Counted from the first letter of the stretch, positions 10,235 through 20,397 are shown. The stretch: 64,000 nucleotides of DNA from an uncultured Acidobacteriota bacterium (GCA_963779415.1 CAVZYA010000002.1:608001-672000), one strand, 5' to 3'. Notes: generated by a model from the letters alone, not told the origin. Program-made: numbers and translations.

Positions 10235-11341
10235 TCACAGCTCCCGGAGCGCCCGCGCGGGGCGGATCCGGAGGGCGTGGACGAGCGGCGGGAGAGACGC
10301 GACGAGTCCCGCGAGGAGAAGCGTTCCGATCCCCTCGATCGTCGTGGAGAGGCCAAGCCGCGCCGGAACGACGCCGAGAGTGTCCCTCTTTGCGAGGAAG
10401 TGCAGAAGGACCGACGCCGCGGGGAGGCCGAGCGCGGCTCCGGCGAGCGCGAGGAAGAGGCCCTCCGAGACCACGAGCCTCGCGATCCGCCCACGCCGCC
10501 AGCCGAGGGCGCGGAGAAGCCCCATCTCGCCCGTCCGCTCCGCGACGTTCATCGAGAGGGTGTTCGAGACGCCGAGCGTCGCGATGACGAGGGCGAGAAT
10601 CGCGAGCGCGCGGGCGAACCGCCGGAGGTCCTTCAGCCACTCCTGCTGCCGGGCGAAGATCTCCGCAGGCGTCGCCTCCAGCCCGGGGATCCTCGTGCCG
10701 ATCGACGCGGCCGCCTCTCCGGCGTCGGTTCCCGGGAGAAGGCCGACGAGCGCCAGGTTCGAGAGGCTCCCGAGCCGGAACGCCTGCTGCGCGAGGGGAA
10801 GGTCCATCACGACCCCGCCGTCCAGGAGCCGCCGTCCCGTCCGGTAGACGCCGACGACGTCGAACTCCCGCCGGCCGACGATGGAGACGCGGTCGCCGAG
10901 CGAAAGCTCCAGCTCGCGCGCCGCGACGTCGCCGACGAGAAGCTCGTCCTTCCCGGCCGCATAGATCCGTCCGGAGGAAAGCTCGAGCCCGAGAGTCTCG
11001 AGCGTCCCGGGGGCCGCGCCGAAGATGTAGAAGCGCGGCCGTGTCGCCACCCTCGTCACGCCCACGACGACCGGCGAGACTTTCGCCACGCCCGGGACGG
11101 TACGAAGCGCCTCCAGCTCCTCGGGCGCGATCCGAGAGTTCCACGGGATCGGGATCCCCTCCTTCTGGACGATCAGGTCGATCCGGAAGCTCCGGATCAC
11201 GGATTCGGTCTCGGCCTCGAGGCCGGCCGACGCCGAGGCGAGCACCACGTACGTTGCGGCGGCGATGGCGATGCCGAGAGCCGTCAGCCCGGTCCGGAGC
11301 GGGCGGCGGAGGAGGTTGCGCAGCGCGATCGGCAAGGTCAT
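10235..11341 (-). CDS. ABC transporter permease, MacB/LolC-E/FtsX family (paralogue 1)
   Basis: IALRNLLRRPLRTGLT, one TM + periplasmic domain + three TM, ERTGEMGLLRALGW. Confidence 0.9.
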   Translation of the reverse strand: MTLPIALRNLLRRPLRTGLTALGIAIAAATYVVLASASAGLEAETESVIRSFRIDLIVQKEGIPIPWNSRIAPEELEALRTVPGVAKVSPVVVGVTRVATRPRFYIFGAAPGTLETLGLELSSGRIYAAGKDELLVGDVAARELELSLGDRVSIVGRREFDVVGVYRTGRRLLDGGVVMDLPLAQQAFRLGSLSNLALVGLLPGTDAGEAAASIGTRIPGLEATPAEIFARQQEWLKDLRRFARALAILALVIATLGVSNTLSMNVAERTGEMGLLRALGWRRGRIARLVVSEGLFLALAGAALGLPAASVLLHFLAKRDTLGVVPARLGLSTTIEGIGTLLLAGLVASLPPLVHALRIRPARALREL

Positions 11342-11364
11342 CCCGAGTGCCTATAGTGTCGCCG

Positions 11365-12318
11365 ATGACGTGGCGCCACGGCTTCCTGCTCGCGCTGTGC
11401 CTCGCGGGATGCCGTCGGCCGGCTCCGGCGCCCGCGCCGGCTCCGGTCCCGCGCCCCGACGGCGCGATCGAGTCGCTCCGGCCGCTCTTCCGCACGGAGC
11501 GCTCCGAGTATTTCGCGCTGACGTACTGGAGCGACGGCCTCCGCGTGGAGGGCTTCCTGGGCCGCCCGCGCTCCGGCGCCCCGCACCCGGCGGTCGTCTT
11601 CAACCGCGCGGGGCATCTCAACCTCGCGTCGCTCCGCGGGCCCGAGATCGTCCCGCTCGTCGAGGCCGGATTCGTCACCGCCGCGTCGCAGTACCGGGGC
11701 AACGCCGGGAGCGAAGGGCGCGAGGAGTTCGGCGGGGCCGATGTGGACGATGTCCTCAATCTCGTCCCGCTCCTGAAGAGCCTTCCCGAGGTCGACCCGG
11801 AGCGGATCGGGATGCTGGGCTGGTCCCGGGGCGGGACGATGACCTACCTCGCCCTCCGGCAGGAGACGCGGCGCGGCGCGCACGACATCAAGGTCGGCGT
11901 CGCCATCGGCGCCACGGCCGACTTCACGGAGGGAGCCTGGGAAAGGCTCCAGATGCTGGCCGTCTTTGCCGAACAGGTCGGGAAGCGGAAGGAGTCGCAC
12001 GTCGACCCCTCCCGCGAGCGCTCGGCGGTGGCGTGGCCCGAGCTGATCAACGCGCCGCTCCTCATCGAGCACGGCGAAGCCGACGCCCTCGCGTCCGTCG
12101 AGAAGGCGCGGCTCCTCGCTTCCCTTCTCGAGAAGGCCGGAAAGACGGTGAAGCTCGTCACCTACCCGGGAGACGACCACGCGCTCGACGCGCACGAGAA
12201 CGGCTACCCCGAAGCGCTGGAATGGCTCGCGAAGTACATCGGCAGGCCGGGCGAGGACCACGCCTTCGCCCCCCACCGGGAGGAGATCTTCCGCGTCTTC
12301 AGGGCGTGGCCTCGTTAG
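11365..12318 (+). CDS. Lipoprotein alpha/beta hydrolase, S9 (prolyl oligopeptidase-like) family
   Basis: Lipobox LAGC, SQYRGN, nucleophile GWSRGG, HGEAD, GDDH. Confidence 0.85.
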   Translation: MTWRHGFLLALCLAGCRRPAPAPAPAPVPRPDGAIESLRPLFRTERSEYFALTYWSDGLRVEGFLGRPRSGAPHPAVVFNRAGHLNLASLRGPEIVPLVEAGFVTAASQYRGNAGSEGREEFGGADVDDVLNLVPLLKSLPEVDPERIGMLGWSRGGTMTYLALRQETRRGAHDIKVGVAIGATADFTEGAWERLQMLAVFAEQVGKRKESHVDPSRERSAVAWPELINAPLLIEHGEADALASVEKARLLASLLEKAGKTVKLVTYPGDDHALDAHENGYPEALEWLAKYIGRPGEDHAFAPHREEIFRVFRAWPR

Positions 12319-12334
12319 GGCCGCCGCCGCCCCG

Positions 12335-13435
12335 TCAAAGCTCGCGGAGCGCCCGCGCGGGGCGGATCCTCAGCGCGTGGAGAAGAGGCGGCACGCCCGC
12401 GATCAGGCCGGCGGCGAGGACGGCGGCAAGCCCGTTTGCGGCCGTCGCGACGGGGAGCGTCCCCGGGACGATCCCCATGTAGTCGCCCGTCCGGAGGGCG
12501 GCGAGAACCGCTGACGCGAGCGGAACGCCGAGCGCCGCGCCCGCGGCCGAAAGGATCAGCCCCTCGGAGAGAACGAGTCGGGCGATCCGGGAGCGCCGCC
12601 ACCCGAGCGCGCGCAGGAGTCCCAGTTCGCCCGTCCGCTCGGCCACGTTCATCGAAAGGGTGTTCGAGACGCCGAGCGCCGCGATGACGACGGCGAGGAG
12701 CGCGAGCGCGCGGGCGAAGCGGGCGAAGTCGCCCAGCCACTTCTGCTGGTTCGCGAAGAGATCGGCCGGCACGGCCTCCAGCTCGGGGGTCCTGGCGGCG
12801 ACGCCCGCCGCGACGGTATCCGCGCGCGCCCCGGGCGCGAGGCCGACGAGGACGAGGTTCACGACGTTCCCCTGCCGGAAGACCTCCTGCGCGGAGGGGA
12901 TGTCCAGAAGCACGCCGCCGTCGAGGATCTGCCTCCCGGTCCGGTAGATCCCGACCACCGTCAGCTCCCGCCGTCCGACGATGGCCACCCGGTCGCCGGG
13001 CGAAAGCGAAAGCTCCCGTGCGGCCTCGACGCCTGCGAGAAGCTCGCCCTTTCCCACGTCGAACGGACGCCCTTTTTCGATCGTGATGCCGAGAATCCCC
13101 GGCCGATCCGGCTCGAATCCGAAAACGAAGAAACGCGGCCGTGTCTCGAGCTTCGTCACGCCGATCACGACGGGGGAGACCTCGGCGACGCCGGGGAGCC
13201 GCCGGATGATCTCCACCTCCTCGGGCGAGATGCGTGACTGCCATGGGAACGGCATCCCGCCCCGCTGGACGATCAGGTCGATCCGGAGGCTCGCCACGAT
13301 CTTTCCGGTCTCCTCGACGACCCCGGCCGCCGCGGACGCGAGAACGAGGTACGTCGCGGCGCCGAGGGCGATTCCGAGCAGCGTCAGGAGGCTCCGGAGC
13401 GGGCGGCGGACGAGATTGCGGATGGCGAATGGCAT
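12335..13435 (-). CDS. ABC transporter permease, MacB/LolC-E/FtsX family (paralogue 2)
   Basis: FAIRNLVRRPLRSLLT...ERTGELGLLRALGW; collinear with 10235..11341 over its full length. Confidence 0.9.
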   Translation of the reverse strand: MPFAIRNLVRRPLRSLLTLLGIALGAATYLVLASAAAGVVEETGKIVASLRIDLIVQRGGMPFPWQSRISPEEVEIIRRLPGVAEVSPVVIGVTKLETRPRFFVFGFEPDRPGILGITIEKGRPFDVGKGELLAGVEAARELSLSPGDRVAIVGRRELTVVGIYRTGRQILDGGVLLDIPSAQEVFRQGNVVNLVLVGLAPGARADTVAAGVAARTPELEAVPADLFANQQKWLGDFARFARALALLAVVIAALGVSNTLSMNVAERTGELGLLRALGWRRSRIARLVLSEGLILSAAGAALGVPLASAVLAALRTGDYMGIVPGTLPVATAANGLAAVLAAGLIAGVPPLLHALRIRPARALREL

Positions 13436-13466
13436 GGCGGTGCGGGGTCCCCTATAGTCGCTCACG

Positions 13467-14156
13467 ATGCCGCCGGGTGTCTCGATCCGCCTCGAGAACG
13501 TCGCAAAGTCGTTCGACGGAGGCCTCGTGAAGGCGCTTCGCGGCGTCTCCTTGGAGGTCGCCGCCGGGGAGTCGGTCGCCATCATGGGGCCGACCGGGTG
13601 CGGCAAGTCGACGCTCCTTTCGATCGTCGGCCTCCTCGATGCGCCCGACTCGGGCGCCGTCTTCCTGGACGGCCGCCCGGCCTCCGATTTCGAGCCGGCC
13701 GAGGACTTCCGCGCCATGCGTGTCGGCTTCGTCTTCCAGTTCCACCACCTTCTCCCTCACCTCTCCGTCGTCGAGAACGTCGAGCTGCCTCTCGCGGGGC
13801 GGGTCGGCCGCGCCACGGCACGCTCGCGGGCCACGGAGGCGCTCACGCGCGTGGGGCTGGAGCACCGGGCGCGGACCCTCGCGGCCCGCGTCTCCGGAGG
13901 CGAGCGTCAGCTCGCGGCGCTTGCCCGCGCCCTCGTCGGGACGCCGGACCTGATCCTGGCCGACGAGCCGACGGGGAGCGTCGACTCCGAGACGGGGGGA
14001 CGGATCCTCGCGCTTCTCGAGGAGTGGTGCGCCACAACCTCGGGGACGCTCCTTCTCGTCTCGCACGACCTCACCGTCGCCGCTCGCTGCCGCCGTCTCG
14101 TGAAAATGCGTGACGGCGCCGTCACCGACGGCGCCGCCTCCACAGGCCAGGCCTGA
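13467..14156 (+). CDS. ABC transporter ATP-binding protein, LolD/MacB-like
   Basis: GPTGCGKS, GFVFQFHHLL, VSGGERQ, ILADEPTG, SHD. Confidence 0.93.
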   Translation: MPPGVSIRLENVAKSFDGGLVKALRGVSLEVAAGESVAIMGPTGCGKSTLLSIVGLLDAPDSGAVFLDGRPASDFEPAEDFRAMRVGFVFQFHHLLPHLSVVENVELPLAGRVGRATARSRATEALTRVGLEHRARTLAARVSGGERQLAALARALVGTPDLILADEPTGSVDSETGGRILALLEEWCATTSGTLLLVSHDLTVAARCRRLVKMRDGAVTDGAASTGQA

Positions 14157-14163
14157 ACGGGGA

Positions 14164-15246
14164 TCAGCGGTCTTCCACCTTCCGGAACATCGGTGCCGGC
14201 TCGGGATCGATGAGGCCCCGCGTCCGGAGCCAGTCCACGAACGGGTTGTTCTTGTAGACGTCGGCGCTCGGGCAGTGCTGGTTCTTGTAGGCCGTGACCC
14301 AGTTGTTGTAGCCCTGCCAGTCGATGAACGACGAGAGGACGAGCGGGTCTCCCGTTCCGTTGTCGGTCGTCGACGCGTAGGCGAAGAACGCCGGCTGGCT
14401 CGACAGGGCGTACTTCGTCGGGCAGTTCTTCGTGTCACAGGGGTTCGTGCAGAACGTGTTGGTCGCGGACGTGCAGGGGTCGGCCACCGTCGTCGGGTCG
14501 AGGCGGACCTCGATGCGGCCGGGGTTGGCGCCAAGAGTCGAGACCCCGAAGTTAGACATGCTCCACTGCTTGAAGGAGAGGGCCTCGACCGTCTGGGGCG
14601 ACTCCGGCACCACGAGAGCGCCGGCCGAGTTGAGGATCTTCACCAGAACCTTGATGCGGGTCGTCGAGAAGTTGGCTACGGAGAGGTTCGTCCGGTAGCC
14701 GGGGGCCGTCGTTCCGGTGTGGCGGACTCCCGGTATCACCGACGGGAAGGTCGTGATGTTCATCGCCGTCAGGTTCATGTCGGAGGCCGAGCTGTAGGTC
14801 CCTTTCGGGTCGCCGGTGTTGTAGGTCCGGGCGGTGATGGCGAGGAGGCCCGGGAACGCCGACGGCGGGCTCGATACGGCGCAGTTCACGGGGGTGATGT
14901 CCGCGAGAATCATGTAGCCCAGCGTTACGCCCGGCATGGGGGAGGCGTTCAGGTAGAGAGTGAGGGCGTCCTGCAACAGAGTGGTCTGTCCCGGCGAAAC
15001 GTTGAAGTAGACCGGAAAGGAGCCGGTGAATGTGTTGGCCACATTGGCCGGGAAGAGCTTCATCCCGACCTTGACGGTGGACGTCCCGAGGTTCGAGACC
15101 GAGATATCGGTCTGCCAGTAGGTACCGCCCTGTCCCTGTGCCTTCGTGACGACCGGGATGAAATAGAACGAATTGACGAGGTTCGCCGCCGCCGTGGTCG
15201 AGAGAAGAGAGAGCGCCACGACGACGGCGCCGAGAATCTTTCGCAT
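14164..15246 (-). CDS. Secreted hypothetical protein, beta-rich with Cys-rich C-terminal region
   Basis: GGAGG SD, signal peptide MRKILGAVVVALSLLSTTAAA, IPVVTKAQGQGGTYWQTDISVSN; alternative start at 15312. Confidence 0.75.
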   Translation of the reverse strand: MRKILGAVVVALSLLSTTAAANLVNSFYFIPVVTKAQGQGGTYWQTDISVSNLGTSTVKVGMKLFPANVANTFTGSFPVYFNVSPGQTTLLQDALTLYLNASPMPGVTLGYMILADITPVNCAVSSPPSAFPGLLAITARTYNTGDPKGTYSSASDMNLTAMNITTFPSVIPGVRHTGTTAPGYRTNLSVANFSTTRIKVLVKILNSAGALVVPESPQTVEALSFKQWSMSNFGVSTLGANPGRIEVRLDPTTVADPCTSATNTFCTNPCDTKNCPTKYALSSQPAFFAYASTTDNGTGDPLVLSSFIDWQGYNNWVTAYKNQHCPSADVYKNNPFVDWLRTRGLIDPEPAPMFRKVEDR

Positions 15247-15505
15247 ACCGCCTCCTCTGCGAGGAGCCGATAGACTCCCTTGGCGCGGAACACACGACCT
15301 CCGCGTTTCCATTGCTCCTCTTCTGTGAATTTAGGACGAACAGCGGCCGAACGCATGGTGCAGATGCTTCAAGCCGGAGATCCTCCCGGACCCGGTGATC
15401 GACATCCGCTCTCCACGAAGGGACATTTCGATCCCGTTACCGAGGGGAGATTTCCTCGGAGTCTCGACATTCAGAACCCGTCGACCTCGCAGCAGTTAGA
15501 CTTCA

Positions 15506-16339
15506 ATGGTTCGAATGGTCGCCGCGCCCCCGGTCTACGACTCCGCCCGCCACGACCTCCGCTTCGTCGAGGAGGCGCGTGACCTCTGGCGCTACCGGCA
15601 CCTGGTGGTCGAGCTCGTCCGGCGCGACATCACCGTCCGCTACAAACGTTCCGTTCTCGGGGTCGGCTGGACCATGCTGAGCCCTCTCCTGCAGATGCTC
15701 ACGATGACCTGGGTCTTTTCGGTCGTCCTCCGGCAGGACATCCGGAACTATCCCGTCTACTTCCTTTCGGGCCTGATCTTCTGGCAGTTTTTCGCGCAGG
15801 CGACCGGCCACGTGGCCTCCCTGCCCGTCGAAGCCCTCGAGATGGGCAAACGGATCTTCCTGCCGCGGTCCGCCTTCGTGCTGGCGGCGGTGGGCGTGGC
15901 CCTCGTTCACATGGTCCTGAGCCTCGTTCCTCTTCTCGTCATCGTCATCTGGACGGGGTCACCCGTCCATCTGACCTGGCTTTTTCTCCCCGTGGCCCTT
16001 GTCATCGGCGCCGCCTTCACGACGGGCGTGGGACTGCTGGTCTTCACCCTCGCGTCCCGCTTCGTCGATGTGAAGGAGATGTACATCATCGTCCTTCAAC
16101 TCTGGTTCTTCGTGACGCCGATCGTCTACTCGCCGAAGCTCGTCCCGGAGAGGTACCAGTTCGTGATCCGGTACAACCCGGCCACGTACCTCGTCGATCT
16201 CTTCCGAGCGCCGCTTTACAACGGCTGGCTTCCCGGCGTAAACACGCTGGCGTTCGCCATCATCGCCTCGCTCGTGAGCCTTTTTCTGGGCTGGCTTTTC
16301 TACTCGCAGAAGATGGAGGAGTATGGATCGCGGTTCTGA
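15506..16339 (+). CDS. wzm: ABC-2 polysaccharide export permease
   Basis: LWRYRHLV..LVRRDITVRYKRSVLG..W..LSPL, FFVTPIVY, YNP, six TM. Confidence 0.92.
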   Translation: MVRMVAAPPVYDSARHDLRFVEEARDLWRYRHLVVELVRRDITVRYKRSVLGVGWTMLSPLLQMLTMTWVFSVVLRQDIRNYPVYFLSGLIFWQFFAQATGHVASLPVEALEMGKRIFLPRSAFVLAAVGVALVHMVLSLVPLLVIVIWTGSPVHLTWLFLPVALVIGAAFTTGVGLLVFTLASRFVDVKEMYIIVLQLWFFVTPIVYSPKLVPERYQFVIRYNPATYLVDLFRAPLYNGWLPGVNTLAFAIIASLVSLFLGWLFYSQKMEEYGSRF

Positions 16340-17075
16340 GCCCGTGATCGAACTGCACGACGTCGGCGTTCGCTATCGTGTACCCAAAGAGGCCATCGCG
16401 TCCCTGAAGGAGTACGCGATCCGGAAGCTCCAGGGCCGCATCGAGCACGGTGAGTTTCGAGCCCTTCGGGGAGTCAATCTGACGATACTTCCCGGCGAGC
16501 GCGTCGGCGTCGTCGGCCCGAACGGCGCCGGCAAGAGCTCGCTCTTCAAGGTGATCGCCCGGGTGCGTCGGCCGAGCGAGGGACGGGTCGTCGTCCGGGG
16601 CGCCGTGGCGCCTCTGCTGGAGCTGGGATTCGGATTCCACGGGGAGCTGACGGGCCGCGAAAACGTCGTGCTGCACGGCACGCTGATGGGGTTCTCGCGG
16701 CGGGAGATGCTGGAGAGAATGGACCGGATCGCCGAATTCGCGGAACTCGAGTCGTTCCTGGACACCCCCATCCGGAACTATTCGAGCGGCATGGTGGCCC
16801 GCCTCGGGTTCGCGGTCGCGACGGACGTGGATCCCGACATTCTCCTGGTCGACGAGGCGCTCGCCGTGGGCGACGAGAGATTCAAGGCGAAATGCCAGGA
16901 GCGGATGGCGTCCTTCCGGGAAACAGGCCGGACGTTTCTGGTCGTCTCCCACGCGCTCGCGGAGGTCCGGCGCGTCTGCAATCGAGCGGTCTGGATTCTG
17001 CAGGGCGAGGCCGTCATGGACGGCCCGGCCGGCGACGTCTGCGACGCTTACCACGAGTGGGCCCAGCGGGGATGA
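16323..17075 (+). CDS. wzt: Polysaccharide export ATPase without C-terminal carbohydrate-binding domain
   Basis: GPNGAGKS, LTGRENV, YSSGMVARLGFAVA, LLVDEALAVGD; only 250 aa. Confidence 0.92.
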   Translation: MDRGSEPVIELHDVGVRYRVPKEAIASLKEYAIRKLQGRIEHGEFRALRGVNLTILPGERVGVVGPNGAGKSSLFKVIARVRRPSEGRVVVRGAVAPLLELGFGFHGELTGRENVVLHGTLMGFSRREMLERMDRIAEFAELESFLDTPIRNYSSGMVARLGFAVATDVDPDILLVDEALAVGDERFKAKCQERMASFRETGRTFLVVSHALAEVRRVCNRAVWILQGEAVMDGPAGDVCDAYHEWAQRG

Positions 17076-18202
17076 CGGCGCGGCTCAAGGTTCTCGTCGT
17101 GGCCGGAACCCGCCCGGAGGCGATCAAGATGGCGCCGGTCGTCAGGCGGCTGCGCGCGGATACTTCCCGTTTCGACGTCACGTTCTGCGTCACCGCGCAG
17201 CACCGGGAGATGCTCGATCAGGTCGTGGCGCTGTTCGGTCTTCGGCCGGACGTGGATCTCGATCTGATGCGTCCGGACCAGTCCCTGAACGAGCTGTCGT
17301 CCCGTGTCTTCACGGCGATGGACGCCTGCCTGCTCGAGAACCGGCCCGACTGGGTTCTGGTGCAGGGAGACACGACGACGGCGCTCTGTACGGCCCTGGC
17401 CGCCTTCCACCGGCACCTCCGTGTCGGACACGTCGAGGCCGGGCTTCGAACGGGTGATCTCGACGCCCCGTTCCCGGAAGAACTGAATCGGCGGGTCGTC
17501 GACCTTCTTGCCACGGCGCTCTTCGCCCCGACGCCGCGTTCGGTGGAGGAGCTGGAGCGCGAGGGGGCCCGGAGATCGGCGATTCACCTGACGGGGAACA
17601 CGGTGGTCGACGCCCTCGAGGCCATCGTGGCCCAGGAGGGCGCTGTCGAGACGGAGAACGTCGTCCTGGTGACGGTGCATCGTCGCGAGAGCTTCGGCGC
17701 GCCGCTCGAAGAGGTCGTGGAGGCCATCGCCGCCCTGGCGCGTCTCTTCCCGGCCGTACGGTTCATCCACGTCGAGCATCCCAATCCGAACGTCCGGGAC
17801 ATCGTCCGGCGGAACGCCGGCATCGGCAACGTGCAGATCGTTCCGCCGACCGACTACCGCACTCTCGTCCGGCTGCTCCGGCGCTGCCGTCTCGTCCTGA
17901 CGGATTCCGGAGGAATCCAGGAAGAGGCGCCGACGTTCGGAAAGCCGGTCCTCGTCATGAGACAGAAGACGGAGCGTCGCGAGGGCATCGAGGCGGGGAG
18001 CGCCCGGCTCGTCGGGACCGACAAGGAGGTCATCGTGCGGGAGGTCTCGCGCCTTCTGAACGATCCGGCGGCCTATCGCGCGATGAGCGCCTGCGTGAAC
18101 CCGTACGGCGACGGCCGGGCCTCCGAGCGGATCGCGCGAATTCTGCTCGGCGAGGACTTCGAGCCATTTCGACCCCTCCCGCTCAGGGACGGTGGCGCGT
18201 GA
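17072..18202 (+). CDS. wecB: UDP-N-acetylglucosamine 2-epimerase (non-hydrolysing; WecB/MnaA)
   Basis: GTRPEAIKMAPV, QHREML, VQGDTTT, HVEAGLR, TDSGGIQEEAP, NPYGDG. Confidence 0.96.
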   Translation: MTARLKVLVVAGTRPEAIKMAPVVRRLRADTSRFDVTFCVTAQHREMLDQVVALFGLRPDVDLDLMRPDQSLNELSSRVFTAMDACLLENRPDWVLVQGDTTTALCTALAAFHRHLRVGHVEAGLRTGDLDAPFPEELNRRVVDLLATALFAPTPRSVEELEREGARRSAIHLTGNTVVDALEAIVAQEGAVETENVVLVTVHRRESFGAPLEEVVEAIAALARLFPAVRFIHVEHPNPNVRDIVRRNAGIGNVQIVPPTDYRTLVRLLRRCRLVLTDSGGIQEEAPTFGKPVLVMRQKTERREGIEAGSARLVGTDKEVIVREVSRLLNDPAAYRAMSACVNPYGDGRASERIARILLGEDFEPFRPLPLRDGGA

Positions 18203-19593
18203 CCGACGACGAGGGTGCGCTTCGACGCCGTCTCCGGCTTCTCGAGCAGAAGCTGGCAGCCCAGGGGGCCGACCTTCGATCGATGCAGTGGGAGCTGCAG
18301 AAGATGGCTCTCGCCGCCAAGAGAGGTCGGTGGGCGGAAACGGAAATGTCTCGAGTTTGGGCGTCGGCGTTCGGCCCGGCAGGCGCCGCCGGGTGGGTCA
18401 TGCGCCGGCTCGGGAGAACGTTGCAATACGAGGCCGAAAGACGATTCCGGCGAGTTCCCGGGGCCCTCCCCGGGCGGCCGGTACCGTCGACCCGGCCTGC
18501 GTCGGACGGGCCACGCCCCGACATCTTCTGCTTCCCCATCATCGACTGGCACTACCGTTACCAGAGACCGCAGCAGCTGATGAGCCGCCTCGGAAAGCGG
18601 GGCCGGCGCGTCTTCTGGGTCGCTCCGTGGTTTCGCGGTGCCGGCCCCCTCGTCGACGTCCAGCCGCTCGCCCCCGGCGTCTGGCAGCTCTCTCTGCGGG
18701 GGCCGGACATGGACCTCTACGGAGAGGCGCCCGCCGAGGCGGCCGTCGACGCGATCGTGAGCGGACTCATGGACCTGGCACGCCAGGTCGACGTCTCCCG
18801 GGCGATCCAGGTCGTCGAGCTTCCGTTCTGGTGGCCCGTCGCCCGACGCCTCCGGGAGCAGTCCGGCTGGTTTCTCGTTTACGACTGCATGGATGACCAC
18901 GCGGGATTCTCGTTTCACTCCGCGGACGCGACGGCGCTGGAAGCCGGGCTGATCCGGGGAGCCGACGTCGTCCTGGCCTCCTCGCGCCCGCTCCAGACGA
19001 AGATCGCCCGTTCGAACCGGGAAGCCATCCTCGTCCGCAACGCCTGTGACTACGAACACTTCGCGTCGGTCACCCGTCAAGGCTCGGACCGCCCCGTGAT
19101 CGGGTACTACGGCGCGATCGCGGACTGGTTCGATTCAGACCTCGTGGCGGACCTCGCCGAGCGCCAGCCGGGCTGGGACTTCTTCCTGGTCGGTTCGACC
19201 TTCGCGGCCGACGTCAGCCGGCTTCGGAACCTCCCGAACATCCGGCTCGTGGGAGAGCGGCCGTATGCCGAGCTTCCCCGATGGCTCTCGCGGTTCGACG
19301 TCGCCCTGCTTCCTTTCCGGCGGACACCGCTGACGGAAGCGACGAATCCGGTCAAGGCCTACGAGATCATGGCCGCGGGACTCCCGCTGGTCTCCGTTCC
19401 CCTCCCGGAGATCGTCGAGTTCGGCGACCTCGTCCGGCTGGCGTCCACGCCGGCGGAATTCGAGCGGCAGATCCAGGCAGAACTCGCGGATCGGGACGAG
19501 AATCTCGTGGAGAGAAGACGGGCGTTTGCACGGCAGCAGACGTGGGACGATCGTGTCCGGCTCCTCGACGACCTCCTCCCCCAGCATGTCTGA
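18199..19593 (+). CDS. GT4-family glycosyltransferase with N-terminal coiled coil
   Basis: IIDWHYRYQRPQQL, YDCMDDH, IGYYGAIADW, TNPVKAYEIMAAGLP. Confidence 0.88.
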   Translation: MTDDEGALRRRLRLLEQKLAAQGADLRSMQWELQKMALAAKRGRWAETEMSRVWASAFGPAGAAGWVMRRLGRTLQYEAERRFRRVPGALPGRPVPSTRPASDGPRPDIFCFPIIDWHYRYQRPQQLMSRLGKRGRRVFWVAPWFRGAGPLVDVQPLAPGVWQLSLRGPDMDLYGEAPAEAAVDAIVSGLMDLARQVDVSRAIQVVELPFWWPVARRLREQSGWFLVYDCMDDHAGFSFHSADATALEAGLIRGADVVLASSRPLQTKIARSNREAILVRNACDYEHFASVTRQGSDRPVIGYYGAIADWFDSDLVADLAERQPGWDFFLVGSTFAADVSRLRNLPNIRLVGERPYAELPRWLSRFDVALLPFRRTPLTEATNPVKAYEIMAAGLPLVSVPLPEIVEFGDLVRLASTPAEFERQIQAELADRDENLVERRRAFARQQTWDDRVRLLDDLLPQHV

Positions 19594-20275
19594 CGCACGG
19601 AACGGGGCCGCCCCGGCACGCAGGCTCGACCTCGGAGCGGGCCTCGTCTCGCTCCCGGGCTTCGTCGGCGTCGACCGCTTCTTCCTCCCCGGGGCGCGTG
19701 TCGTGCTGGACCTGGACGCGCCCCGCCTCCCGTTTCCGGACGACACGTTTGACCTCGTTCACGCCTTCCACTCCCTCGAGCATGTCGCGGATCTCGTGGC
19801 CACCATGCGGGAGGTCTGGCGCGTCGGAAAACCCGGTGCACAGGTCTGCATCACGGCGCCCTACTACACGATGGGCCTGAACCTCGCGAATCCTTACCAC
19901 AAGCAGGTCTTCAACGAGCACACGCCCCGGTTCTGGACCGCTTCGCCTACGACGCGGATCGACGCCGCGGAATGGCGCCAGCCGCCGCTGGGCGAGATCT
20001 GGGGCCTCGCGAGGAGCGACAACAGCGACCCCGGCTTCGACCTGCGCTGCATCCGGATGGAGTTCTTCTATCTCGAAGAGTACTGGGGGATCCCGCCGGA
20101 TGAGCAGCGGCGGGCCCGCCGTTGCCACCTGGATGTCTGCGAACAGATCCTCTATCACCTCATCGTGTTCAAGTGCCCCCTGACGGAGGCCGACCTGGCC
20201 CGCGAAGGTCGCGATCTCTACATGCCGCCGCAGCTCGACGCGCGTCGGAAGGCTGCGGCCTTGAGGAAGCCGTAG
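19586..20275 (+). CDS. Class I SAM-dependent methyltransferase
   Basis: LDLGAG motif I, LPFPDDTFD, HSLEHV, EVWRVGKPG. Confidence 0.85.
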   Translation: MSDARNGAAPARRLDLGAGLVSLPGFVGVDRFFLPGARVVLDLDAPRLPFPDDTFDLVHAFHSLEHVADLVATMREVWRVGKPGAQVCITAPYYTMGLNLANPYHKQVFNEHTPRFWTASPTTRIDAAEWRQPPLGEIWGLARSDNSDPGFDLRCIRMEFFYLEEYWGIPPDEQRRARRCHLDVCEQILYHLIVFKCPLTEADLAREGRDLYMPPQLDARRKAAALRKP

Positions 20276-20397
20276 GCTGGCTCATACGGACGCGGAGGCT
20301 GAGCCCCGGCGTGCCGGAGCGTGCCCGGAACTCGGACGCCGGCTCGACCGGATTCTTCAGAAGCGTCTCGGCGTCGAATCCGTCGTACAGGCGCGCG

